NCBI GenBank assembly: GCA_902792815.1
Contig: CADBAY010000005.1
Span: forward strand, 44,504 to 108,503
Length of the DNA stretch: 64,000 nucleotides
Origin: an uncultured Bacteroidia bacterium
GTDB lineage: Bacteria; Bacteroidota; Bacteroidia; Bacteroidales; UBA932
Direction: 5' to 3'
Shown: in pieces, positions 47,588 to 56,037 of the stretch
How positions within the stretch are numbered: the stretch's first letter is position 1
Layout of the letters: each line of letters starts with the position of its first letter
The notes under the pieces: generated by a model
What the model was told of the DNA's origin: nothing
The model's database searches: none
Seen by the model: only the letters and a program-made list of their open reading frames with translations
Made by a program: the position numbers and the translations under genes

Positions 47588-47611
47588 AGTATGTTCAATT
47601 ATGTCAGTTAG

Positions 47612-47638
47612 CAAATATAATACTTTTTTTTATCTTTG
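47612..47638. promoter_or_regulatory. Back-to-back -7 elements (minus 47612-47619 TAtaTTTG; plus 47631-47638 TAtcTTTG)
   Basis: Exact consensus matches between DUF4290 and the kinase-S26-PqqD-ABC operon. Confidence 0.65.
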
Positions 47639-47662
47639 TAAGCCCAAATATTAGTTGATACT

Positions 47663-48553
47663 ATGACCAAACACTATAAAGTGGCGGGGCATGTGTTCTC
47701 ACTCTCCGTTCCCGAATCCTGTACCCTCTGGCCCAGGCTGACTCAGTATGAGCCCTTTGAGGTGCCCGAGGGCAGCGGAGAGCCGCTCTTCAACCTTGAG
47801 CTCGTAAGGGATACCTATGAGCCGCTCGCAGACAGGGAGCTTGTGTACGACGCTCCCACCGAGGAAGGGGAGACGGTTATCAAGCTTTATCATAACGGGG
47901 ATGGAGGCTGGGACTTCGACATGTCTCCGGACAAGAACATACCCTTCCGCTCGCATATGCGCAGCACGGAGGATTTCAGCAGCGCGGTGCTTATGCTTGA
48001 CAACCGCAAGGTGTCGGAGGCACTGTTCGGCATCAACAATTCGCTGATGCTCCTTTTCGCTTTCCGTACCGCTCCGCTCGATACCCTTGAGATGCACGCC
48101 TCCATGGTGGGCAACTCCGGCAAGGCTTTCTTGTTCCTGGCCCGCAGCGGTACGGGAAAAAGCACGCACAGCAGCCTCTGGCTGGAGCATGTCCCCGGCA
48201 CTGAACTTATGAACGACGATAACCCCATCGTGCGGGTTTGGCCGGACGGACGCATCATCGCTTACGGGTCTCCCTGGAGCGGCAAAACTCCCTGCTACCG
48301 TAATGTAGAGGCCCCGGTAGGCGCTTTTGTGCGCATCCGCCGCTGCCCCGAAAACAAGATCGCGCCCCTTGGGCTGCTGGAATCGTACGCCCTGCTCTAT
48401 TCGTCCAGCTCGGGTTTTAAGGCCGACAAGGCAATAGCCGACGGGCTGCATTCCACCCTCGAAAGAATAGTAACCACAACACCTTGCTACGTGCTTGACT
48501 GCCGTCCCGACGAGGAAGCGGCCAGGGTGTGCTCCGCTGAAGTGCTGAAATGA
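47663..48553 (+). CDS. HprK-related / PEPCK-like P-loop kinase
   Basis: HASMV, LFLARSGTGKST (Walker A), LMNDD, GSPWSGK. Confidence 0.75.
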   Translation: MTKHYKVAGHVFSLSVPESCTLWPRLTQYEPFEVPEGSGEPLFNLELVRDTYEPLADRELVYDAPTEEGETVIKLYHNGDGGWDFDMSPDKNIPFRSHMRSTEDFSSAVLMLDNRKVSEALFGINNSLMLLFAFRTAPLDTLEMHASMVGNSGKAFLFLARSGTGKSTHSSLWLEHVPGTELMNDDNPIVRVWPDGRIIAYGSPWSGKTPCYRNVEAPVGAFVRIRRCPENKIAPLGLLESYALLYSSSSGFKADKAIADGLHSTLERIVTTTPCYVLDCRPDEEAARVCSAEVLK

Positions 48554-49008
48554 AAACGAGCAAGGTAGTACTGCCCAATGCGGTTATGCTGGGCGAGGTT
48601 TCGAGGTTCCTGGACGAGGGCAAGTCGGTGATTATCGCCACCAAGGGCTCCAGCATGTCCCCATTCATTCGGGGCGAACGCGACAGCGTGGAGCTGCTCA
48701 AGATGCCCGACGTGGAAGTGGGGGATATTGTGCTTTGCCAGCTGACTCCCGGGCACTATGTGCTCCACCGTATCAACGCCATCGCGGGAGAGCGCATACG
48801 CCTCAAGGGCGACGGTAACCTCGACGCTACCGAGTTTTGTACCAAGGCCGATGTATGCGGCACGGTGACAGCCATACTCCGCAGGGGAGAGAAACGCATC
48901 GACTGCACCACCCCCGGCTTCAAGCGCAGGAGCCGCCTGTGGGTGGGCGCGCCAAGGATTATAAGGCGCTATGCATTAGGAATTTACAGAAGAATTAAGA
49001 TATTATGA
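48550..49008 (+). CDS. S24/S26-family peptidase, no membrane anchor
   Basis: KGSSMSPF (catalytic Ser), GDIVL, VLHRI, KGDGN; ATGA overlap. Confidence 0.8.
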   Translation: MKTSKVVLPNAVMLGEVSRFLDEGKSVIIATKGSSMSPFIRGERDSVELLKMPDVEVGDIVLCQLTPGHYVLHRINAIAGERIRLKGDGNLDATEFCTKADVCGTVTAILRRGEKRIDCTTPGFKRRSRLWVGAPRIIRRYALGIYRRIKIL

Positions 49009-49274
49009 AGACAGTACCTGGTTTTACACTTCGTCCGCTTGGAAAAGAGTTCATCATTACCGCCGAGAGCATCCAGAAGATTAATTTCAACAAGATGATT
49101 TCGCTCAACGAGTCGGCGGCTTTTCTGTGGAAAGAAGTTGACGGTAAGGAGTTTACCCCCGACGATCTGGCCGACTTGCTGGTGAGCCGCTACGAGGTAG
49201 ACCGCGAGACCGCGCTCAAAGATTCGGAGGCTATTGCCGCCAAGTGGATTGAAGCTGGAATAGTTACTGAGTAA
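49005..49274 (+). CDS. PqqD-family protein (RiPP recognition element)
   Basis: 89 aa; ISLNESAAFLWKEV...LADLLVSRYEVDRETALKDS winged-helix pattern. Confidence 0.85.
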   Translation: MKTVPGFTLRPLGKEFIITAESIQKINFNKMISLNESAAFLWKEVDGKEFTPDDLADLLVSRYEVDRETALKDSEAIAAKWIEAGIVTE

Positions 49275-50908
49275 TGAGACCTTTCCGCTCGTGTTTCAGG
49301 GGATTGATGCGCATGGTGCGCGGACAGAGGTTCCGCATACTTGTGAGCGTGTTGATCGGTTTGGTGGGCGTTGCCGCCTCCCTGGGATTCGTGTGGATAT
49401 CGAAGAAGGTCGTTGACGTGGCCACCGGAGATCCGGGGACACCCCTGACTCCTTCGGTGCTAATTATGCTCGGCATTATGCTCCTCCAGCTGTTTTGCCG
49501 GGTAGGAGGCCGTTATTGGGAGGGGCTGATTGTGGTAAAGGCGCAGAACGCCCTTCGCTCTTCGGCTTTCCGTAAGGTTATGTTCAGTACCTGGAGCGGT
49601 AAGGACCGTCTGCACAGCGGCGACACCGTTAACCGTCTGGAAGAGGATATCAGGGTAGTGGTGGACTTTATTTGCGTGAGCCTGCCCGACGCTCTTATTA
49701 CCCTTATCCAACTGCTTGGTGCATCGGTGTTTATATTCGTCCTTTCGCCCAACCTCGCCTGGATACTGCTGCTTATTATGCCCGTGGCAGTGCTGTGCAG
49801 CCGCCTTTTCTTCAAGAAGCTGCGTGCTCTGACCGGAGAGATCCGCTCGGGTGACGCCCGTGTGCAGGGCCATATACAGGAGAATACGCAGCGCCGTGTG
49901 CTGGTGCGTATGCTCGGGGCGACGGGGCGTGTCATCGAAAAGCTGGGCGGATTGCAGGATTATGTGTACGGAAAGACTGTTACCCGCCTGAATTACAATG
50001 CGATTTCGCGCGGTTTCATGCAGCTGGGCTTCTCGGCTGGATATGCCCTGGTTTTCCTGTGGGGCTTGTTCGGGCTGCGTGACGGGACAATAACTTACGG
50101 CACCATGGTGGCTTTCCTCCAGCTGGTGGGGCAGGTCCAGCGCCCGGTTGCAGGCATTGCTTTGCAGATTCCGGCGTTTATACGCGCTCTTTCTTCTGAA
50201 GACCGTCTTCTCGACCTTGTTGAGGCGCCCCAGGAAGAAGAGGGGAGCGATATTGTGCTGCAGGGCGCTCCGGGTGTAAAGGTTGAGGGAGTGAGCTTTA
50301 CTTATGAGGGGGTCAACAACCCTGTGGTGCGCGGGCTTGACTTTGATTTTACTCCCGGTTCCATGACCGCCATTATCGGTTCGACTGGTGCGGGCAAATC
50401 TACTTTGGTGCGTGTGATCATGGCTCTTCTGCAGCCCGACTGCGGAACCATTACGCTTTACGACGGTACCGGTGCCCGTGTGCCTTCGGGCGTGAGGACG
50501 CGTTGTAATTTTATGTATGTTCCGCAGGGTAACTCTTTGATGAGCGGTACTATACGTGAGAATCTCCTGCTGGCCAAGCCCGATGCTGATGAGGATGAAT
50601 TAAGGGAGGTGCTGCATTTGGCGGCGGCCGATTTCGTGTATGAGTTGCAGGATGGCCTGGAGACTACTTGTGCTGAGATTGGTGCGGGCTTGAGTGAGGG
50701 GCAGGCGCAGAGGATTGCTATTGCGCGTGCTTTGTTGCGGCCGGGTGGGATCCTGGTTCTTGACGAGGCTACTTCGGCGCTTGATGCTGATACTGAGCTT
50801 GAGCTTTTGGAGCGGCTTGGGGCTCGGTTCCGCGGGACCAAGACCATCCTTTGCATTACCCATCGTCCGGCGGCGACTTCTTATGCCGATAAAGTTTTGA
50901 AGCTATAG
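49274..50908 (+). CDS. ABC exporter (fused TMD-NBD)
   Basis: TM helices; GSTGAGKS, LSEGQAQR, ILVLDEATSALD, ITHR. Confidence 0.93.
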   Translation: MRPFRSCFRGLMRMVRGQRFRILVSVLIGLVGVAASLGFVWISKKVVDVATGDPGTPLTPSVLIMLGIMLLQLFCRVGGRYWEGLIVVKAQNALRSSAFRKVMFSTWSGKDRLHSGDTVNRLEEDIRVVVDFICVSLPDALITLIQLLGASVFIFVLSPNLAWILLLIMPVAVLCSRLFFKKLRALTGEIRSGDARVQGHIQENTQRRVLVRMLGATGRVIEKLGGLQDYVYGKTVTRLNYNAISRGFMQLGFSAGYALVFLWGLFGLRDGTITYGTMVAFLQLVGQVQRPVAGIALQIPAFIRALSSEDRLLDLVEAPQEEEGSDIVLQGAPGVKVEGVSFTYEGVNNPVVRGLDFDFTPGSMTAIIGSTGAGKSTLVRVIMALLQPDCGTITLYDGTGARVPSGVRTRCNFMYVPQGNSLMSGTIRENLLLAKPDADEDELREVLHLAAADFVYELQDGLETTCAEIGAGLSEGQAQRIAIARALLRPGGILVLDEATSALDADTELELLERLGARFRGTKTILCITHRPAATSYADKVLKL

Positions 50909-50910
50909 GT

Positions 50911-51038
50911 CCCCGTTGGCTGACGCCGCCCGGAAACTTCGCTTCGCTCATCCCTCCCGCTGCACTTCGTTTGCGGGCCCCTCCCGTTCACGTGGTCACG
51001 GGCGGCCACGGTTTCCCCAGAGGCGTCAGCCACCGGGG
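50911..51038. mobile_element. 128-nt palindromic MITE/REP-like element between convergent genes
   Basis: 17-nt arms CCCCGTTGGCTGACGCC / GGCGTCAGCCACCGGGG (1 mismatch), inner GGAAAC/GTTTCC, core GCTTCGC...GGGCCCCTCCC plus a hairpin. Confidence 0.65.
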
Positions 51039-51043
51039 ATGGA

Positions 51044-51973
51044 TCAGAATCCGGTGGAGGTCCAGGTGAGGTCGGAGCTTATGAGGCAGGCTTCTATGCC
51101 GGGGTGATCTTCAACCCAGCTGCGCGCTTTCTCGAAACCGATTACCATAAAGTATGTGGCCAGGGCGTCAGCCTCGGTGGCCGTAGGGGCTATGACCGTG
51201 GCGCTCAATAGATTATGGTCAACGGGGCGTCCTGTCCGGGGGTCGATGGTGTGGGCGTATTTCTTGCCGTCCTTGATGTAGAATTTGCGGTAGTTGCCTG
51301 AAGTTACCACTCCATAGGCGCCCCCGTCGGAATGCCAGAGACCGGAGATGGATGCTCCGGGGGTATTGTTCCCGTCGGATGGAGTGTCGATGGCAATGGT
51401 CCAGCCCTGCCCCTTGGGGTTCAGGCCTTCGCAGTAGATTTCTCCTATATCCACCAGCATGTCCTTGACGCCTATCGAATGCAGGTATGCGGCCACTTTG
51501 TCGCAGCTGTAGCCCTGGGCTATGGCGTTGAAATTCAGCACTTCGCGTTTGCGGCATCGCTCCATTGCGGCAGATATTGCCTCTTCCGACGGGAGGCTGT
51601 CTGCGGTGAATCCGAAGCCCCAGACATCAAACAGGGGCCCCGCCGCCACGTCGAAAGCTCCGCCGCTCAGCTCCCGGTAGTGCTCCGAAATATCTTCAAT
51701 CTCGCGGAACATATCGTTCAGTTCAACATTCTCGCCTGCGTTCCTGCGGCTCAGAAGCGATTTGCGGTTGTATCCCGAGAGCGTGGTGTCGATCTGCTCC
51801 AGGATTCCGTCCACGGCCTGCTGCGCCTCGGCGCGGCTCACTTTCACCCCTGCGGGATTATATTTTACGCTGTATATGCCGCCTTGGGCATAGCCGCCCA
51901 GAGTTACGTATTCTTGCGTGCATGCGCCTGAAACTAACGCTGCAATGGCTAAAAGTGCTGTTTTTAGCTTCAT
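51044..51973 (-). CDS. apbE: FAD:protein FMN transferase ApbE
   Basis: Lipobox SGAC; FNAIAQGY, IGEI, VVTSGNYR, HTIDPRTG, ADALAT. Confidence 0.9.
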   Translation of the reverse strand: MKLKTALLAIAALVSGACTQEYVTLGGYAQGGIYSVKYNPAGVKVSRAEAQQAVDGILEQIDTTLSGYNRKSLLSRRNAGENVELNDMFREIEDISEHYRELSGGAFDVAAGPLFDVWGFGFTADSLPSEEAISAAMERCRKREVLNFNAIAQGYSCDKVAAYLHSIGVKDMLVDIGEIYCEGLNPKGQGWTIAIDTPSDGNNTPGASISGLWHSDGGAYGVVTSGNYRKFYIKDGKKYAHTIDPRTGRPVDHNLLSATVIAPTATEADALATYFMVIGFEKARSWVEDHPGIEACLISSDLTWTSTGF

Positions 51974-52051
51974 TTTCGGCAAAGTATTTGTACAAAGGTA
52001 GCGGAAATTCGCGTAAAATTGACCATATTTGCAATTTGTAACCCTAAAAAG

Positions 52052-53071
52052 ATGAAATTTAGATCATACTGCATACTTGCTCTGGGACTGCTTTTGCTTT
52101 CGCTTTCTTCCTGCAAGGAGAAAGAAATCGAAAAGACATATATGGACGGCAATCTTAAAGTCGATTGCAAGATTCCCCATTATGTCAATCCCGGAGATTC
52201 TTTCACTATCACTGCCTCGGGCATTACCGCCCCTGACGGAACGGATGTGGCTTATTATTATACCTCCACCGCCAACAGCAAGCGCCGCGACACTCTTTAT
52301 ACGGTTCCTGCCGTGTTCCATTTTGAAGTTCCCGATACGCTTGGCTCATTCACCCTCTCGGTGGTTGCTTATCCTGTTCAGTCATCCGACAAGTATTATC
52401 ACTCCACCGGTTCTGTTGAATTTGTGATAGTTAAAGATGACGCCGACAACGGTTCCCTGACCGGAATCCCCGATCATGACGAGGATATCCAGGAGGAACT
52501 CTACTCCAGGAAGTACAAAGTTACTTCGGCAGGCGACAAGGAGTGGATACGCAGCAACCTGTGCTATATTGAACGCAACTCTGAAGGCACCGAGACTTTC
52601 GGCCGCTCTTATGCCGGCAGCAAGGCTATGCAGAACATTTTCGGAGCTTATTATACCTGGGAAGAGGCCCAGAAGGCTTGCCCCGCCGGTTGGCACCTTC
52701 CGACTGACGAGGAGTGGGTGGCCCTGCTCAAGAGCTGCGGCGCTCCTTCTGGACTCAAGCCTTTGGAGGATTCGCCGAGCGGCGCCGGTGCGCTTATGGT
52801 CAAGGCCCGTTTCAACGGAGACGAGATGTGGAGCTACTACCGCGGCGTGAACATCACCGACAAGTGCATCAGCGTTATCCCTGCAGGTTATGCGGTCAAG
52901 GCCTCAAGCGGCTGGAATTACGTAGGTTACCAGTCGTATGCTGCCTTTTGGACTGCCGACGCCCTTGCCGACCAAGGGGTATACCGCTACATTTACAAAG
53001 AAAACGACAACGTATTCGTAGGAGTTGCGAGCAAGACCGATTTTGCCGCCAACGTACGATGCGTCCGATGA
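52052..53071 (+). CDS. FISUMP-domain lipoprotein
   Basis: Lipobox LSSC; WIRSNL, GAYYTWEEA, ACPAGWHLPTDEEW, AAFWT, NVRCVR. Confidence 0.85.
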   Translation: MKFRSYCILALGLLLLSLSSCKEKEIEKTYMDGNLKVDCKIPHYVNPGDSFTITASGITAPDGTDVAYYYTSTANSKRRDTLYTVPAVFHFEVPDTLGSFTLSVVAYPVQSSDKYYHSTGSVEFVIVKDDADNGSLTGIPDHDEDIQEELYSRKYKVTSAGDKEWIRSNLCYIERNSEGTETFGRSYAGSKAMQNIFGAYYTWEEAQKACPAGWHLPTDEEWVALLKSCGAPSGLKPLEDSPSGAGALMVKARFNGDEMWSYYRGVNITDKCISVIPAGYAVKASSGWNYVGYQSYAAFWTADALADQGVYRYIYKENDNVFVGVASKTDFAANVRCVR

Positions 53072-53072
53072 T

Positions 53073-54938
53073 ATGGACCAGACTGAAAGGATACAAGAAG
53101 CTGCTCAGCACGTATTTGACGTGATGGCTAAGCGCGTGGGCCCGGAGGACCTGCAGCGTATCAAAGATGCGTATGCTCTTGCCGCAGAGGCGCACAAAGA
53201 CCAGAGGCGCAATACCGGCGAGCCGTATATCGTGCATCCGATAGCCGTAGCGAACATTGCCGCAGAAGAGCTTGAGCTTGACGCCAATACCGTCATAGCG
53301 GCATTCCTGCACGACGTTGCCGAAGATACTTCTTACACCGTCGAGGATATCAGGGAGCGTTTCGGCGACGATGTGGCCTTCCTGGTTGATGTGGTGACCA
53401 AGCGCAAGAAGCACAACTACGAGTACACCAAGCAGGTAGATAATTACCGCCAGATACTTGAGTCGGTTCACTACGACATCCGCGCCCTGCTCGTCAAGTT
53501 GTCCGACCGCCTGCACAACATGCGCACGCTGGACAGCATGCGTCCCGACAAGCAGATGAAAATCGCCGGCGAGACCGACTTCTTTTATGCCCCGCTTGCC
53601 GGACGCCTCGGACTGTACCATGTCAAAACCGAGCTGGAGAATCTCTCTTTCCGTTTCCGCTGCCCGCGTGAATATGATGTGATTTTCCGCCAGCTGGAGG
53701 AGGATAAGATCCGTACCCAGAGCGCCGTGGACGATTTTACGGCGGAGATAAACGAGATTTTCAAGACCGTAGGCATTCCCGCCCGCACCCAGGTCCGCTA
53801 CCGCAAGCCTTACAGCATCTGGCGCACCATGCGCGAGGAAGGCTGCGACTTCGCCCACGTAGATTTCAAGCACTTTGTGCGCATTATATACAACCCTATC
53901 GATGAATGGCTGCGTTCCCAATCTCCGGAGAAGGATACCAGCCTTTTCATTTATTCGTGCCTTTCGGGGCGCTTCAAGGAGCGTCCGGGGAGCGTGGTGA
54001 ACTATATCGACAATCCCAAAGATAACGGCTACCAGAGCTTCCACGTGCAGTTGCTCAACCGCGCCGGTGCCTGGGAAGAGATGCATATAGCCTCGGAACG
54101 TATGCACCGTAATTCCAGGCTCGGTTGTATAGTAGAGCGTGGCGAGAGCTGGCTGGAGCGCTTCAAGACCGTGCTCCAGAACATAGCCGACAGCGGTGAC
54201 GGATACATCTTCATGGACGGCGTGAGTTCGTCGCTGTACAACGAGGATATATTGGCGTTTACCCCTCAGGGCAAGGGAATTATCCTGCCCAAGGGAGCCA
54301 CTGCGCTGGACTTTGCGTTCGAAGTGCATACCGAGATAGGCGAGAAGGCCAAGTTCGCCCGTATCAACGGTGCGCTTTGCCCTATCAAAACCGAGCTTCA
54401 CAGGGGCGATTGTGTGGAGATAGGCACTTCCGACGATGTGGCCCCCAAGCCCGACTGGCTCAATTACGCCAAAACCTACAAGGCCCGCCGCCGTCTGCAC
54501 GACTTGCTCCGCAATATCCCTACCCCCGATTTCAAGATATGTGACAAGTGCCATCCCATTCCCGGCGAGGAGGTCATAGGTTATGTCGATGCCACCGGGG
54601 AGGTGACGATCCACAGCCGCCATTGCCCTGAGGTTATCAAGCTTGCCTCCGAAAACGGCAACAGCCTCGTGTCGGTATCTTTCGAGCCTGACCCTATGAG
54701 GCTCTATCCTGTGCGCATACGCATAGTTGCTATCGACCGCTATCATCTTCTGCGAGACATCATCGACTGCTTCGTCGAGCGTCAGCATCTGTCTATGAAT
54801 AAGTTAAGCACTCACACGGAGGACGAAATAGTGGAGTGCATAATCGACTTCCCCGTGCATTCGGTAGATGAACTCCACCTCACTATGGAGAGCATCTCGG
54901 CCATTGACGGGGTAGATGAGGTGCAGCGTATCATATAG
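53073..54938 (+). CDS. Long RelA/SpoT homologue: intact HD hydrolase, degenerate synthetase, TGS-ZFD-ACT
   Basis: RNTGEPYIVHP, LHDVAED, DRLHNMRTL, NGYQSFH, FTPQG TGS, CHPIPG, ACT-like tail. Start moved to MDQTER. Confidence 0.88.
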   Translation: MDQTERIQEAAQHVFDVMAKRVGPEDLQRIKDAYALAAEAHKDQRRNTGEPYIVHPIAVANIAAEELELDANTVIAAFLHDVAEDTSYTVEDIRERFGDDVAFLVDVVTKRKKHNYEYTKQVDNYRQILESVHYDIRALLVKLSDRLHNMRTLDSMRPDKQMKIAGETDFFYAPLAGRLGLYHVKTELENLSFRFRCPREYDVIFRQLEEDKIRTQSAVDDFTAEINEIFKTVGIPARTQVRYRKPYSIWRTMREEGCDFAHVDFKHFVRIIYNPIDEWLRSQSPEKDTSLFIYSCLSGRFKERPGSVVNYIDNPKDNGYQSFHVQLLNRAGAWEEMHIASERMHRNSRLGCIVERGESWLERFKTVLQNIADSGDGYIFMDGVSSSLYNEDILAFTPQGKGIILPKGATALDFAFEVHTEIGEKAKFARINGALCPIKTELHRGDCVEIGTSDDVAPKPDWLNYAKTYKARRRLHDLLRNIPTPDFKICDKCHPIPGEEVIGYVDATGEVTIHSRHCPEVIKLASENGNSLVSVSFEPDPMRLYPVRIRIVAIDRYHLLRDIIDCFVERQHLSMNKLSTHTEDEIVECIIDFPVHSVDELHLTMESISAIDGVDEVQRII

Positions 54939-55980
54939 ACGCTATAGTCTCCAGACAGAATTCCAAGCATTGAACCGTCATCCCGCAGGCTCTTATGAGA
55001 ACCGGCGGGCATATTCCCGCTGCATCGAGCAGCAACGATCCCGCTGCCAGCGGAATGATAAGCTCGGTCAGGGGCATGGCCAGCAAGTTGGTGATCAGGA
55101 AATACTTGGGGAAGGTATGAAAGTGTGCCCAGGCCACGGGTGCGGTAAACAGCTGGCAGGAGATCGAAAGGGCCGCGCACTGCCATATTCTTTTCAGCGG
55201 GCCCCTTTTTCCGGGATACCATTTCTCCATGTAGGGGTATACCACAGTTATGCCTGTCATGGCCAGGTACGAGAGCTGGAAGCCGGCGGAAGCTATGTAT
55301 GCGGGCCGCAGGACTAGTTGTATGGTAAGAGCCGCGCAGAAAGTTCCCAGTGGCGTGCGCTCGCGCCCCGGGAAGAGGCTTCCGACTTCGTTTATTACAA
55401 TGAACAGCAGGGCCCGGATTATCGAAGGCGACGCCCCTGTGGCAAAGGCGTAAAAGGCGCTGAAGCCGACCGTGAGCACGCTTTTTACAATCCTTGCAGG
55501 CAATGAGTTCCCGAGCGGCGAGAGCAGGCGGCGCACCAGCAGGTAAAGTACTCCAAGGTGCAGGCCGGAGAGGGCCAGGATGTGCGAGGCTCCGCTGCGC
55601 CTGAATATTTCTATAACGCTGCGCTCCAGGGCGCTGCGTCGGCCTGTGAGCAGAGCCTTGAGGATGGCGGCGCTGTGCTCCCCTGGGATCCCAGCCCCGT
55701 CGATTCTGCCGCACAGGTAGTCCATCGCCGGGGAAGGCGCGGGCGTTCTTGGCACATTGCTCATCGCATCGGTGCACCAGCACAGCGCCCCGAGGGCGAA
55801 GAACAGCGAGTACATTGCCGCCGGACGGCGCTTGTTGTCTTTGAAGCAGAGGAAAACCAGAAGGGGAACGGCGCAGGCGCATATGATAGCTCCCGGGTAC
55901 GGCCCGTCAATCAGTGCGGCCGCCGCGACGCCGGCGGCGAATGGAAGGGATACCAGAATGATTCCGCTTTTGTTTTTCAT
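54931..55980 (-). CDS. comEC: ComEC/Rec2 competence membrane protein (short, no metallo-beta-lactamase domain)
   Basis: GASHILALSGLH, SPSIIRA, GFQLSYLA, TNLLA. Confidence 0.85.
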   Translation of the reverse strand: MKNKSGIILVSLPFAAGVAAAALIDGPYPGAIICACAVPLLVFLCFKDNKRRPAAMYSLFFALGALCWCTDAMSNVPRTPAPSPAMDYLCGRIDGAGIPGEHSAAILKALLTGRRSALERSVIEIFRRSGASHILALSGLHLGVLYLLVRRLLSPLGNSLPARIVKSVLTVGFSAFYAFATGASPSIIRALLFIVINEVGSLFPGRERTPLGTFCAALTIQLVLRPAYIASAGFQLSYLAMTGITVVYPYMEKWYPGKRGPLKRIWQCAALSISCQLFTAPVAWAHFHTFPKYFLITNLLAMPLTELIIPLAAGSLLLDAAGICPPVLIRACGMTVQCLEFCLETIASI

Positions 55981-56021
55981 AGTTTGTCTTTGTTTGGCGC
56001 TGCAATTTAGACAATTATTGT

Positions 56022-56029
56022 TAAATTTG
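56022..56029 (+). promoter_or_regulatory. -7 element (TAaaTTTG) for ackA
   Basis: Exact consensus 8 nt above the ATG. Confidence 0.6.
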
Positions 56030-56037
56030 TACCCATT

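Noticed and set aside
50916-51107. 63-aa ORF as the RiPP precursor
   Set aside because: It is a translation of the palindromic element, overlaps the apbE end and has no leader-like features.
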